Source of the DNA: Narcine bancroftii
Taxonomy: Eukaryota
NCBI RefSeq assembly: GCF_036971445.1
Contig: NC_091471.1
Coordinates: 289,044,001 to 289,108,000, forward strand
Reading direction: 5' to 3'
Length of the DNA stretch: 64,000 nt
Shown piece by piece: positions 40,593-54,438 of this stretch. Both the position numbers and the translations under genes were made by a program. The notes beneath the pieces are model-generated. The model was not told the origin of the DNA and made no database searches. It saw only the letters and a program-made list of their open reading frames with translations. Every line of letters starts with the position of its first letter. The stretch's first letter is position 1.

Positions 40593-43500
40593 TATTTTTA
40601 AACTTTTTTTATTTTTCACACTGTGAACCATATTGACCAAAATACACATAAACATTTCCCTCTTGAATATACACAGTGTCATTTTCTCCCTTTTTTCCCC
40701 TCTCCCTACCCTCCCTCCTTCACCCTCCCCACCCACTCAATGTTCAACATATATGATACATTAAACAATGTCATCACACAATGAAAATAAACAAGAAAAT
40801 TGTGTCATCTACTTTTACACACTGGGTCAGTTTATTTCGTCTTCTTCTCCTTCTGTCATTTTAGGTGGTGGAGGTCCACGGTAGGACTTCTCTGTTGTGT
40901 TCCATGTACGGTTCCCAATTTTGTTTGAATACTGTGACGTTATTTATTAAATTATATGTTATTTTTTCCATTGGAATACATTTATTCATTTCTATGTACC
41001 ATTGCTGTATTCTCAGGCTCTCTTTTGATTTCCAGGTTGACATTAAACATTTTTTTGCTACAGCTAAGGCTATCAAAATAAATCTTTTTTTGTGCTCCAT
41101 CCAAATCAAGGCCAAGTTCTTCTTATATTACTTAAAAGAAAGATCTCTGGATTTTTTGGTATGTTGCTTTTTGTAATTTTATTTAATACCTGATTTAGAT
41201 CTTCCCAAAACTTTTCCACTTTCTCACATGCCGAAATTGCCTGTATTGTTGTTCCTGTTTCCTTCTTACAGAGAAAACATCTATCTGATACTGTTGGGTC
41301 CCATTTATTTAACTTTTGGGGCATGGTGTATAGCATGTGTAACCAATTACATTGTATCATGCGTAACCTCGTATTTATTGTATTTCTATAGTTCCGGAGC
41401 ATAGCTTTTCCCATGTTTCATTCTTTATCTTTATGTTCAGATCTTGTTCCCACTTTTGTTTGGGTTTACAGCTTATTTCCTCGTTCTCTTTCTCTTGCAG
41501 TTTGATGTACATGTTTGTTATAAATCTTTTAATTTTCATTGTGTCTGTAATCACATATTCAAAATTGCTTCCTCTGGTAACCTCAGCCTGCTTCCCAATT
41601 TGTCCTTCAAGTAGGTTTTCTGTTGGTGGTATGCAAACATTGTACCGTGAGTTATACCATATTTTCACTTCATTTGTTCACAAAATAATAATTTATTTCC
41701 TGAAAAACAATTTTCTATTCTTTATATCCCTTTTCTCTCCCATTCTCTAAAGGAAAGGTTATCCTTTTGTATCTTTGTATAGAAGGCCTAGATTATTATC
41801 TAGTTGAATACCTAGGTATCGGATTACTTGTGTTTGCCATTTAAATGGTGATTCTTTCTTAAACTTTGTGAAATCCACATTATTCATTGGCATCACTTCA
41901 CTTTTATTCTTCTACCCTGATACTTCTCCATATTCCTTCAATTTCTTATGTAATTCTTTTATTGATAATTCTGGTTCTGTTAAGTATACTATAATGTCAT
42001 CTGCAAATAAACTGATTTTATATTCCTTCTCTTTTATTTTTATCCCTCTTATTTTATTTTCTGTTCTTATCAGTTCTGCCAATGGTTGTATAGCTAGTGG
42101 GAACAGTGAGGGAGATAGTGGACATCCCTGCCTAGTTGACCTGCTTAATTTAAATTGGTTTGATATATATCCATTTACTGTCACCTTCGCCAATGGTCCC
42201 TTATATAATGCTTTAATCCAATTAATATATTTCTCTGGTAGGTTGAACCTCTGTAGTACTTTGAATAAATAATTCCATTCTACTCTGTCAACGGCTTTCT
42301 CTGCGTCTAAGGCAACCGCCACTGTTGGTTTCTTGTTTCCTTGTACTGCATGGATTAAGTTAATGAACTTACAGGTATTGTTCGTTGTTCATCTTTTCTT
42401 AATAAATCCAGTTTGATCTAGTTTTACTATTTTTGGTACACAGTTGGCCAATCTGTTTGCTAATAGTTTAGCTATTATCTTATAATCTGTGTTGAGTAGA
42501 GATATTGGTCTATATGATGCTGGTGTTAGTGGGTCTTTCCCTGTCTTTGGTATTACTGTAATTATTGCTGTTTTGCATGAATCTGGCAGGTTTTGTGTTT
42601 CTTCAATCTGGTTCATTACTTCCAGGAGAGGAGGAATTAATAAGTCTTTAAATGTTTCATAGAATTCTATCGGGAGTCCGTCCTCTCCCGGTGTTTTATT
42701 GTTCGGTAGTTTTTAAAAAAATATATCCTGTATTTCCTCTATTTGAAATGATTTTATTAATTTGTTTTGCTCCTCTTGCAATTTCGGTAGTTCAATTTTA
42801 GCTAGAAACTCATCTATTTTGTCTTCTTTCCCTTCGTTTTCAGTTCGGTATAATTGCTCGTAGAATTCCTTGAAGTTTTCATTGATCTCCATTGGGTTAT
42901 ATGTAATTTGTTTGTCCTTTTTCCTTGATGCCAATACCATTATTTTAGTTTGTTCTGTCTTAAGCTGCCAAGCTAATATTTTGTGTTTTTTTCTCTTAGC
43001 TCATAATACTTCTGTTTTGTCTTCATTATGTTCTTCTCCACCTTGTACATTTGTAGTGTTTTATATTTTTTTTTGTCCACCAATTCTCCTCTTTTTGTTG
43101 TATCTTCCCTTCTTGCTAATTCTTTTTCTGTACTTGCTATTTCCCTTTCCAGCTGTTCTATTTCCCGATTGTAGTCCTTCTTCATCTTAGTTACATAACA
43201 TTATCTGCCCTCTGATAAATGCTTTCATTGCATCCCATAGTATAAATATATCTTTCACTGATTCCTTATTTATTTCAAAGTACATTTTAATTTGTCGCTC
43301 AATGAATTCCCTAAAATCCTGTCTTTTAAATAGCATGGAATTTAATCTCCATTATACGTTCTCGGTGGGATATCCTCCAGCTCTATTGCTAATAACAGGG
43401 GTGAGTGATCCGATAACAATCTAGCTTTATATTCCATTTTTCTAACTCTCCCTTGGATGTGGGCTGACAACAGGAACAGGTCTATCCTTGAGTATGTTTT

Positions 43501-44460
43501 ATGTCTACCCGAATAATATGAATATTCCTTCTCCTTTGGGTGTTGTCTCCTCCATATATCCAAACATTGCATTTCCTGCATTGATTTAACCATAAATTTG
43601 GTTACTTTGTTCTTTCTGCTAATTTGTTTTCCAGGTTTATCCATCTTTGAGTCCAAATTAAGGTTAAAGTCCCCTCCTATCAGTATATTCCCCTGTGTAT
43701 CTGCAATCTTCAAAAAGATATCTTGCATAAATTTTTGATCCTCTTCATTAGGTGCATATACATTGAGCAAATTCCAAAATTCTGAGTATATCTAACACTT
43801 TATCATTACATACCTCCCTGCTGAATCTATTATTTCCTCCTCTATTTTGATTAGTACATTTTTATTGATTAATATAGCTACTCCTCTGGCCTTTGAATTA
43901 TATGATGCTGTCGTTTCATGCCCTACCCAGTCTCTCCTTAATTTCTTGTGTTCCACTTCAGTTAGATGTGTTTCCTGCACGAATACTATATCAATTTTTT
44001 CTTTCTTCAGTAAATTTAACAGCCTCTTCCTTTTGATTTGGTTATGTATTCCATTAATATTTATAGTCATATAGTTCAACATGGCCATTTCATACTTTGT
44101 TTACCTTTCCTTTCCGTTTCCTCATCACCACCTTTTCCCCATATCCATTTCTGTTTTCTTTTTTTGAACGCACTGTAAGACAACACTTCTAAATCATAAA
44201 ATATTTTCACTGTTCCCACATCTAAAATTCCCTTAACCCCAAATGTCCTCCCCCCCCCTGAGTTGCCACTTGTCCCTTGCCATTTGTCCATTTGGATTGT
44301 GAACCCACTCGCAAGTGTCAACTGATTTCGCAGTGACTGTTATTCTCTCCCACCCAACCCCCTCCAGAAAAGACTTTTATCTTCACATATAACAAAGCTC
44401 ACCCTCTTAATTCCCCCCTTACTTCCTTTCTCTTCCCCTCCTTAGTTCTTACTTAACAAT
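40593..44460 (-). mobile_element. L1/Tx1-clade LINE ORF2 (APE endonuclease plus RT), frameshifted, internal deletion near 41760
   Basis: ININGI...QETHL, GGDFN, SDHSP, RQGCPLSP, LFADD. Confidence 0.95.
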
Positions 44461-45282
44461 TACCATATAACCGTTTACAGCACGGAAACAGGCCATGTCG
44501 CCCCTTCAAGTCCGTACCGGTTCACTTGAACAACTCCACTAGTTCCTCTGCAAACTCAAACCAGAGGACATGAATGGGACAGTTATGTAGGGCTATGGAC
44601 TGGGTGCAGATCAGTGGGACTAGGCAAAAAAAAACTAGTTCAGCACAGACTAGAAGGGCAAAAGGGGCCAGTTTCTGTGCTGTGGTGTTCTATGCTTCTA
44701 CTTACTGATGATCATCCACATTCACACTTCCATGGAAACCATCCCAAGAGACTGCCACCTTAGTTGCTAGAAAGTTTGCTTTTTTTAAAAAGAGGAAGAT
44801 GGTTCTTACTGTTTGAAGCCAACTTGATTGCTAGCCACCAAGTAGTTACTAATTCTGAGGATTAAACACGTCAATGTTGCATTTGTCTTCAAGCTCAACA
44901 GATATTTGAATATTAAAGGAATCAAAGGATAAAGGTTAGTACAGGAAAGTAATAATGAGGTAAAAGATTAATTGTGACCAAGATTGATTGACATACTCCT
45001 GCTTCCAGCAAAGTTTAAATCTTGTATTCTACAGCAGCCTTTGTGATTATGCCACTCAGAGGGTAGTTGTCAATAAATTATATAATAATTGCTTAGGATT
45101 TTGTATTTTTGTTTATTAAATAAGGTAAATTTTGCACTATCACTTAATTTTTACTTTAAAAAAAGTCCAAAGCAGTTTAGTTACAGGATCCAACAATTTA
45201 TTGTTTAGTTTCCAGAGGATGAGGAAAATTGTACATTATTTTTCTTCTTTATATGAAGTTTGTCGCCATTCTTGTTCTTTTT

Positions 45283-48200
45283 TTTAAAATTTTTTTTATT
45301 TTTCACACCATAAATCACATTAGCCATGCTACACACTTTTTCCTTTTCACACATATACAGTGACATTTTCTCCCCCACCCACCCCCCCCCATCCATTTAA
45401 GGTATACAATCTAGGATACATTAAACCAGTCAGACAATGTTGTCACTCAACAAAAATACACCAGAAATTCTACTGAGTCCATTCTTTTCTTTCCTTCTCC
45501 TTCCATCAACTTAGGTAATGATTGTCCCCGGTAGGTTTTCGCTATTGTATTTAATGTAAGGCTCCCATATTTGTTCGAATATTTCAATATTATTTCTTAA
45601 ACTATATGTTATTTTTTCTAATGGAATACATTTATTCATTTCTATATACCATTGTTGTATTTTCAAATTATCTTCCAATTTCCAGGTTGACATAATACAT
45701 TTTTTTGCTACGGCTAGAGCTATCTTAACAAATCTTTTTTGTGCATCCTCCAAATCAATTCCAAATTCTTTGTTTTTTATGTTACTTAGGAGAAAGATCT
45801 CTGGATTCTTTGGTATATTGTTTTCTGTTATTTTATTTAATATCTGATTGAGATCTTCCGAAAATTTTTCTACTTTCTCACATGTCCAGATTGCATGAAT
45901 TGTTGTTCCCATTTCTTTTTTTACATCAAAAACATCTATCAGATACTGTTGGGTCCCATTTACTTAACTTTTGAGGTGTAATGTATAGTCTGTGTATCCA
46001 GTTATATTGTATCATACGTAGCCTCGTATTTATTGTATTTCTCATCATTCCAGAACATAATTTCTCCCATGTTTCCTTTTTTATCTTTATATTTAAATCT
46101 TTTTCCCATTTTTGTTTAGTTTTACCATTGGTTTCCTCATTCTCCTTTTCTTGCAGTTTAATATACATATTTGTTGTAAATCTTTTGATTATCATTGTAT
46201 CTGTAATCACATATTCAAGGTTACTTGCCTCTGGCAAACTCAAACTGCTTCCTAATTTATCCTTCAAGTAGGATCTCAATTGGTAATATGCCAGTGCTGT
46301 ATCTTGAGTTATATTGTACTTATCTATCATTTGTTCAAAGGATAAGAATCTATTTCCTGAAAAACAATTTTCTATTCTTTTAATCCCTTTTTTTCCCATT
46401 CTCTACAGGAAAGGTTATCTATTGTAAAAGGGAGTAACTTGTTTTGCGTCAATATTAGTTTTGGTAATTGATAATTTGTTTTATTTCTTTCTACATGAAT
46501 CTTCTTCCAAATATTGAGGAGATGATGTAATACTGGAGAACTTCTATGTTGTACCAATTTTTCATCCCATTTATATAATATGTGTTCAGGTATCTTTTCC
46601 CCTATTTTATCTAATTCTAATCTCGTCCAGTCTGGTTTTTCCCTTGTTTGATAAAAATCTGATAGGTATCTTAATTGTGCGGCTCTATAATAATTTTTAA
46701 AGTTTGGCAGTTGTAAGCCTCCTTGTTTATACCATTCTGTTAATTTATCTAGTGCTATCCTCGGTTTCCCCCCCTCTCCATAAAAATTTCCTTATTATTT
46801 TCTTTAACTCCTTGAAGAATTTTTCTGTCAGTTGTATTGGCAATGCCTGAAATAAGTATAATATCCTTGGAAAAATGTTCATTTTAATACAGTTTATCCT
46901 TCCTATTAGTGTTAGTGGTAAATCTTTCCAATGCTCTAAATTGTCCTGTAATTTTTTCATTAGTGGATAATAATTGAGTTTATATAGTTGGCCGAGATTT
47001 TTGTTTATTTGTACACCTAAGTATCTTATTGCCTGCATTTGCCATCTAAATGGAGATTCCTTTTTAAATTTTGAGAAAGGCATTGCTTCACTTTTATTTA
47101 CGTTTATCTTGTAACCCAACACTTCTCCATATTTCTTCAATTTCTTATATAATTCTTTTATTGATAGTTCTGGTTCTGTTAAGTACACTATAACATAATC
47201 CGCAAATAGACTGATTTTATATTCCTTGTCTTTTATTTTTATTCCTTTTATATTATTATCTATTCTTATCAATTCTGCTAGTGGTTCTATAGCTAACGCA
47301 AACAATAAAGGTGATAGTGGGCATCCCTGCCGCGTTGACCTGCTTAAGTTAAATTGCTTTGATACATGTCCATTTACTGTCACTTTCGCTAACGGTCCCT
47401 TATATAATGCTTTAATCCAATTAATATACTTCTCCGGTAAACTGAATTTTTGCAATACTTTGAACAAATAATTCCATTCTACGCCATTCTTGTTCTTGTT
47501 ACATCTCTTCATCTCTCTTTCTCTTTTGCAGGCATTCTGCAAATTCTCGTGCTTTCTCCGGATCTGAGAACAGTCTGCTTTGCTGCCCCAGGATAACTAT
47601 TTTAAGCACCGCTGGATATCTTAACATAAATTTATAGCCTTTCTTCCATAGGATTGATTTTGCTGTGTTACACTCCTTCCTCTTCTTCAGGAGCTCAAAA
47701 CTTATGTCTGGGTAGAAAAAAATTTTTTGACCTTTGTATTCCAATGGCTTTCCAATATTCTCCATTATATTTTCTCTTGTCGTATATCTCAGGAATTTTA
47801 CTAGAATGTATCTTGTTTTTTGCTGTGGCTGTGGTTTCAGGGCTAATGTTCTGTGTGCCCTTTCTATTTCCATTCCTTTCTGTATTTCTGGCATTCCCAG
47901 GACCTTGGGGATCCATTCTTTTATAAATTCTTTCATATCTTTGCCTTCTTCATCTTCCTCAAGGCCCACTATCTTTATATTATTTCTCCTATTATAGTTT
48001 TCCATTATATCCCTCTTCTGAGCTAACAACTCCTGTGTTTCTTTAACTTTTTTATCAGTTTCTTCCAATTTTCTTTTTAAGTCGTCCACTTCCATTTCTA
48101 CGGCTGTGTCTCGTTCTTCCACCTTGTCTACTCTTTTCCCTATTTCTGTCATGACCAGCTCTAATGTACTCTCTTTTTCTTCTGTACCTTTTATTCTTCT

Positions 48201-48300
48201 TTTTATTTCACTAAATTCTCATGTCAGCCATTCTTTTAATGATTCCATATATTCTTGAATTTTTTTTAAAATCTATGTACTGTCTATTCCCTTTATCTGC
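45283..48300 (-). mobile_element. L1/Tx1-clade LINE, internally deleted (ORF1 joined to mid-RT)
   Basis: ORF1 47499-48152 (ENYNRRNNIKIVGL, IERAHR, FYPD) directly abuts VEWNYLFKVL of RT. Confidence 0.93.
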
Positions 48301-48354
48301 TATTTGCCTCCTTGTTTATTGATGGAAGATGAAAAATTAAATGTTCAAAAAAGT

Positions 48355-50222
48355 TTACTCACGGAGGGGGGTCTCATTATTAGGAAATGGCATTGCAGAG
48401 GGTAAAGTTGTCTCTGCGGTGCGTTTGTTAGCTAAGTCTGTCATTGATGAGACAAAGGCAGATTCAGATATACATCCAGCCTTCACAGTGACTTGAGCTC
48501 CAGCTAAAAAGCTTGCCAGTGCAGGTGGTCCTGTGCAGACTCATTTTACAGTACAAAACAGCACTCTGATAGAAATGACATGCCTAAGCCTTTACCTCTT
48601 TCTTTGTTGGACCAAAGTTCTGGTGTTAACTCTGAGAGTAACGATTTGTTGTTATCCCAAAAAGAGTTTATAGTGGGTGCAGAAAAGAGATCCTAATCTT
48701 ACTGAAGTGAGAGGGTTTGTACAAGAATCATTAGGCTATATCCCTTTGAAACTGGTGTTTGGACACCAAATTAGAGGACCTTTAGTGTTGTTGAATGAAC
48801 AATGGGTTAATGAGGATGTGCAGTTGAATTTGTTAGATTATGTTTCAAAGTTTACAGCTCAAAGCAAAATGAGGGTCTGATGTGATTTAAAAAAAAGGCT
48901 TGGGTGAGAACTTTTAAACTGGAGGATAAAGTGTTAATCCTTTCCCCAACAAATTCCAGTCCCCTTAGGGCTAAGTTTTCAGGCCCATATGGATAAAGTC
49001 AAAGGTGAATAAAGTCAGCTATGTATTTAGACCCCCGATCAGAGACGTAAAACACAGAGTTGTCATATCAACATGTTAAAACCTATTTTTGAGCACTTGG
49101 CTTTTAGCAAGGAAGAGCCTTCACCAGAAGTACTATTTGTTGACAGAACTAAGGGGTTCTAGAGATCATGAGATGGTACAAGTGGACTCTTTTGAGGGTC
49201 ACTTCAAACAAAACATAGTCCCAGTACATCTGTCTAATTTGCTTTGCAGAACTTGGCTGCTAAGTTGCTCATCTTCAGTCCCAGGAAAGGGAGCAGATGA
49301 AACAGCTACTTTTAAAAATTAGGAACCTGTTTATAGATGTGCCTAAGAGAAACCCAATGATGTTAGAGATGCAAAACCTATCAAACAACATCCATATTGA
49401 ATGAATGTTGAAAAGTGCGAACTGGTCGATCAAGAAATTGAATATATGTTAAAGAATTATAATATTAGACGTTCTACCTCAGATTGGAGTTCACCTTGTG
49501 TCCTGGTACCTAAATCCAATGGGTGGTTAGATTTTGCACTCATTATAGAAAAGTTAATGCGGTAACAAAGACAAATGCTTATTCTATTCTTAGGGTGGAC
49601 AAGGTTGGAAAGGATAAGTTTCTTATGAAGATGGACTTATTAAAAGGTTACTGGTGTGTTCTCTTAACAGACAGAGGTCGAGAAATTTCTACATTTGTGA
49701 CCTCATCATGAATACTATGTTTTACCATTTGGAATGAAAAATGCTCCAGGGACATTCCAAAGAATTATTAATTCTATAATTCAATCTTTAAAGCATATGG
49801 ATGCTTATATAATGGTGATTTGGTTATGGGGAATGACAACTGGAAAGCACATATCTCTGAGTTAGAGAAATTAGTTGACAAACTTAAAAAAAAAACCTTC
49901 CTGTTAATTTAGCTAAAAGTGAATTTGGGTATGACACAGGGGGTAACAAGAAGTGCCAAAGCCAGTTGTGGACTAACCCATAATAATGTATATTATATTG
50001 TGAATTATTCTACAGGGATATATGGACTTACTGTGGACTATAGCATATCTTAATTATATCATTGGCTGAGGCAAGTTGGTGCCTGTTCTGGAGTAAGTTC
50101 AGACGATTTCTGACTTTCCTGTTCCCTTGGGGTAAGAAAGTTGTTTTTGGGAATGGTAGGGTATTATCAAAAGTTGTGTAGAAATTTTGCTGATATCACC
50201 CTTCCTTTAACTACCCTTCTGA
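48355..50222 (+). mobile_element. Gmr1-like Gypsy element, 3' part: protease end, integrase fragment, then RT
   Basis: GVSLLGNGIAEGKV; ESLGYIPLKLVFGHQIRGPL (integrase C-terminal part) precedes RFCTHYRKVNAVTK...MDLLKGYW...PFGMKNAP (RT). Confidence 0.85.
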
Positions 50223-50229
50223 GGAATTG

Positions 50230-51718
50230 ATGCCATTTCAGCAGCTTAGGTACGCCAGGCTTCTTTGTTCCAGGTCCTCCATCTTGCGCTCCTGCTGATC
50301 TGGCTTAACAGCTGCTTTGGTGCCAGCAATTGGATTTGTAATATTGAGGACGTTCCGAGGGAGTTGCCCGTGGGAGACACAGTCCGATGCATTACATCAA
50401 GGAAGTCCTCGGTCACCCGCCTCAAGTGCAGCTTGTATAGATATGTTATTGCCAGTCTCGGTTCCTATATTTTGTTTGTGGATGGACCAACTGAAGAGGT
50501 CGCCTCCTACTTCTGTGATGGTCGATTTTGTACCCGCTTTGTATCTTGTAATAACTCTGCACCTCCTGCCACTAAGTGGTGGGGGGGATTCTGGTTCAGT
50601 GGAGGGTTGGTGGCCTACTTCACCACCAAACATTCCTTCAGATTTGTCCAACAATTCCTTTCTCCATGTCTCCTATGCGTACGCTCACCCATTGAATGTT
50701 TCTGATTGTTGGATTTGTACCATAGGTCCTTTGCATAGGCATTCCCATGATCCTCATTCCTTTCACCCAAGAGGAGGTTGCTGCCTGGAAATATTTTGAT
50801 CCCTCCAAAGGCAGAGTTTACATTGATGTTGATAAGCCTGTGCCTGAAGAGAATAAGTAATATTTTCAAGGATCGCATATTCCTACCCCCCCCCCTTATA
50901 ATATGACACCCCCCCCATTTTATTGTTTCCCAACATGTGAAGGGCTCCATCTGTTTTTGTAAGTTCCCTGCCAGACCTGCCGATGCACTGGGATACAGTG
51001 ATTGTCTGGCATATTCCCCTTTCATTTCCAAGTACCCTGTGAACGGGACCTATTGGGTTTGTGGGTCTCGCGCCTATGCCTGGCCACCCCTTACCTGGGG
51101 TGGTTGCTACTATTTGGCATATGCCATCCCCTACCTACACCATATTTCCCGTTTACAGGATCATCCCTCGCTTATGCGTATGTCCCCTATCCTTCGGCAC
51201 AGACGTGCCCACTCAGGTGCTGAGATTTTCTTTGGCGCCTTGATCCCAGGTTATGGCAAGGTTCACAAATTATATGATCTGATGAGCTCTATTGCCAATG
51301 AGACATCCTTTGCCCTTATGTCTATCATTCAGGGCCTTAATGACCTTAATCACGAACTCTCTGCCATCAGGACAGTGGCTTTACAGATCGTATGGTTCTG
51401 AATTTTCTGTTGGCAAAACAGGGTGGCACGTGTGCCGTTGTCGGTTCTGAACGTTGCTCAGATGTTCCTGATGTATCCACTAATATTTCTGTTATTGTTC
51501 AGCATGTTTCAAAATCTGTTCGTGAGCTCCAGCGTCTGGGTATTGTGACCACCAAGGATAGTTTGAACATTGGTTGGAATCCTTTTTAATTTGGGGGATT
51601 GGGCCACACTATTCTTCGTTGGTGGCTCGCTTTATTGCTTATTTTTGTGATTATTGTAGTTTTGGTTTCTTTTTTTTGCTCCTTCTGTACTCTTATGCTT
51701 GTTAGGTCTCTTGTCTGA
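50230..51718 (+). pseudogene. Endogenous retrovirus env pseudogene (gamma-type TM), frameshifted
   Basis: Signal-like LHLALLLIWLNSCFG; NVSDCWIC; GTYWVCG...WGGCYYLAY; furin site RHRR 51195-51206; ISD-like LQ/RMVLNFLLAKQGGTCAVVGSERC; hydrophobic anchor about 51620-51700. Confidence 0.92.
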
Positions 51719-51740
51719 CAGCCTGTGACCAAGTGTGGAA

Positions 51741-52390
51741 TGTAAGGGAAGATATAAACCATGTTTTTTATTTATGCAACCTTTGCTTCTGCAAGGCTGA
51801 GAACCTGCTTGTTTTTAGAATCAACAGACATAAGCTAAATTCTACCAAGGGGCCAGAGATGCAGTTATCTGATGATAGGACATCTGTGTACCAAGAACAT
51901 CTTCCTGCTTGTTTTGGTCACAGACTGTCAGAGGTCTAACCTTGATGCAAAATAAACCATTGTATTCAAAGTGATAAGCTGAAAATTACATTATTCGATA
52001 GAAGCCTAGGCATGCTAGCTTGCTCGCTTATCTTTTTTTCTGTACTTGGGTAAGCAGTTTTTTGGTAAGATAAGCCATGGTCCCTCTGCTGAAGTTTGAG
52101 ACTCTCTGAGAGGTGGCAACATCTCTCAGCAAGAAGAAGAACTTCTAGAGTCCAGCCAACATCCCGGTCGGGGGAGGTGAACAACCTACGACAAGTGTGC
52201 AGCCATTGCCTCACTTCGGCATTTAGGACCAGTCCAGGTGTTGATAAGTATAATTGGGAAGGGCTTGCATATTGTAGTTTGATATCAGCTTTAGAATTTG
52301 TAATAAAGCCTTGTATAAACTGAACTGCTCTCGGTGTGTGTGTCTATTTACTTTCGGAAGCTCAAACACTGTGACCAATCTAAAACAACA
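51741..52390 (+). mobile_element. Retroviral 3' LTR
   Basis: TGTAAGGG...ACAACA directly after env and a degenerate purine tract; AATAAA at 52301-52306. Confidence 0.8.
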
Positions 52391-53645
52391 AAGTGAGAGG
52401 TACAAGTTTACCCAGGACAAGGCACAAGTATGATTTATCAAATAAGACATTCCACTGCTACCTTCAGATAAGAACTTCTTTGCAGGACAAATTGGGTTCA
52501 ACTATGGATCTACCAAAGTGCAGTGACATAGAGACCTTGATTCGAAAGGGGATCACCCAGAACTTCATTTCAGCAATGTATTTCCTGCTCCATGCGGAAG
52601 GACCCAAATGAGGACTTAATAAATCGAGACAGAGGTGGGAGTCAGATTTGGGAATAACGATTGAGAGTGATGCCGGTCCGACCTGTGCCGGACTAGCATG
52701 ACGGCAATGATCAATGAGAGGCATAGGCTGGTGCAGTATAATTTCCTTTTGCTGCAAAGGATTAACAGGTCCAAGCCAGAGCTGTCAGATCAGTGTTTTA
52801 GATGTGACATTGAGACAGGAACCTTCGTGCATGCGACCTGGACATGTACCAAGCTGAGGCCCTTCTGGGTAGAACTAGGCAAAGTTCTGGGGAAAATTAT
52901 AGCTAAAGAATGCCCACAGGATCCTGAATTGTTCCTGTTGGGCAATATTATGGACAAAAGATTTACAATGAAGCTGTCCAAATTCCAAATTCAATTCGTA
53001 ATGATGGCATTGGTAGTGCATAGCAGTTACCTAGAAATATGACACTCACCTGAGTATTGCACAATGAAGCAAGGAGAGGCAGGCTTGTGTTCCCCTGGAG
53101 AAAATTACCCATAACTTGAGGGGAAGGTACAGGACCTTTCAAAAAATTTGGCAGTCGTACCTGAACCATATAGGAGCATGGCTGTGGGGGAAAAAAAAGA
53201 TAATTTTGTCTCAGGGCCCGGCCCACCTCAACCCCTCCTCAATTTGGGTTGGGTTGTGGGGGGGGTGGGGGCGAGGGGTTCACCTCAGTGCAGGCAGGGA
53301 AAGTCAGGGAACAAAGGAAAACCTGCCCGATTCCTGGTCGCTGCTCCAGGCCAGACCCATAGCTTCCTACATAATTTTCTCTCGTGTTGTGGATGTTTTA
53401 ATGTCTAAATGGTTTTTCTTCTCTTTGGTTGCTCGGTTATATGTTGAGTGTTTGATGTTTAGGGTACGAGGTGGGAGTACGAGAAAGGGCAAGGGGTATT
53501 AGGTTTGGATTTGATCAAAAACTTGTATGGACGACATAAGGATAATTTGTAAACGGCACAGATCTCTAATTATTGTTGATGACAAGAGTTGTAAATCATT
53601 GAGTCTGAACGTGAAAAATTATAAATAAAATATTCAAAATAAATG
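52391..53645 (+). mobile_element. L1/Tx1 LINE 3' fragment
   Basis: QCFRC...GTFVHATWTC..L.PFW; A-rich end at about 53615-53645. Confidence 0.88.
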
Positions 53646-53952
53646 AAAGGGAAGAATAGAATTGGAAATAGGGTGCGATGGAGGAGGAAGGACAGCTTCC
53701 AATGGGATTGGGCGTTCTTCCCCGCTCCCGCAGCAATTGAGAGCTCCCTCCCGGTCCCTCCCACTCATCAGTATTTGAAACAGCAGATTTAATTGTTCGG
53801 TGCCTCCACCCCGACCATCGAGGGACGTGAGGAATGGCAGTGATAGTGGTCTTTGAATCAGGGATTAGAGCGAGGATGAGGTCAGGGAGCCGTAGTGGTA
53901 GGGAAGATCTCCTACAAAGGGAACAAAGGCAAGGACTGGCCCAGGAAACAAT

Positions 53953-54438
53953 GGGAGTGAGGGCTGGAGCAAGAGAAGGGGGTGAGGGCTGGAGCAAGAG
54001 AAGGGGGTGAGGGCTGGAGCAAGAGAAGGAGGTGAGGGCTGGAGCAAGAGAAGGAGGTGAGGGCTGGAGCAAGAGAAGGGGGTGAGGGCTGGAGCAAGAG
54101 AAGGGGGTGAGGGCTGGAGCAAGAGAAGGGGGTGAGGGCTGGAGCAAGAGAAGGGGGTGAGGGCTGGAGCAAGAGAAGGGGGTGAGGGCTGGAGCAAGAG
54201 AAGGGGGTGAGGGCTGGAGCAAGAGAAGGGGGTGAGGGCTGGAGCAAGAGAAGGGGGTGAGGGCTGGAGCAAGAGAAGGGGGTGAGGGCTGGAGCAAGAG
54301 AAGGGGGTGAGGGCTGGAGCAAGAGAAGGGGGTGAGGGCTGGAGCAAGAGAAGGGGGTGAGGGCTGGAGCAAGAGAAGGGGGTGAGGGCTGGAGCAAGAG
54401 AAGGGGGTGAGGGCTGGAGCAAGAGAAGGGGGTGAGGG
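53953..54438 (+). repeat. 25-bp minisatellite (GGGGGTGAGGGCTGGAGCAAGAGAA), about 19.4 copies
   Basis: Direct inspection; only a few G>A variants. Confidence 0.98.

Noticed and set aside
50230-51718. Syncytin-like co-opted env
   Set aside because: Several frameshifts and loss of the CX6CC motif
53953-54438. CRISPR-like array
   Set aside because: Head-to-tail identical units with no spacers, in eukaryotic context
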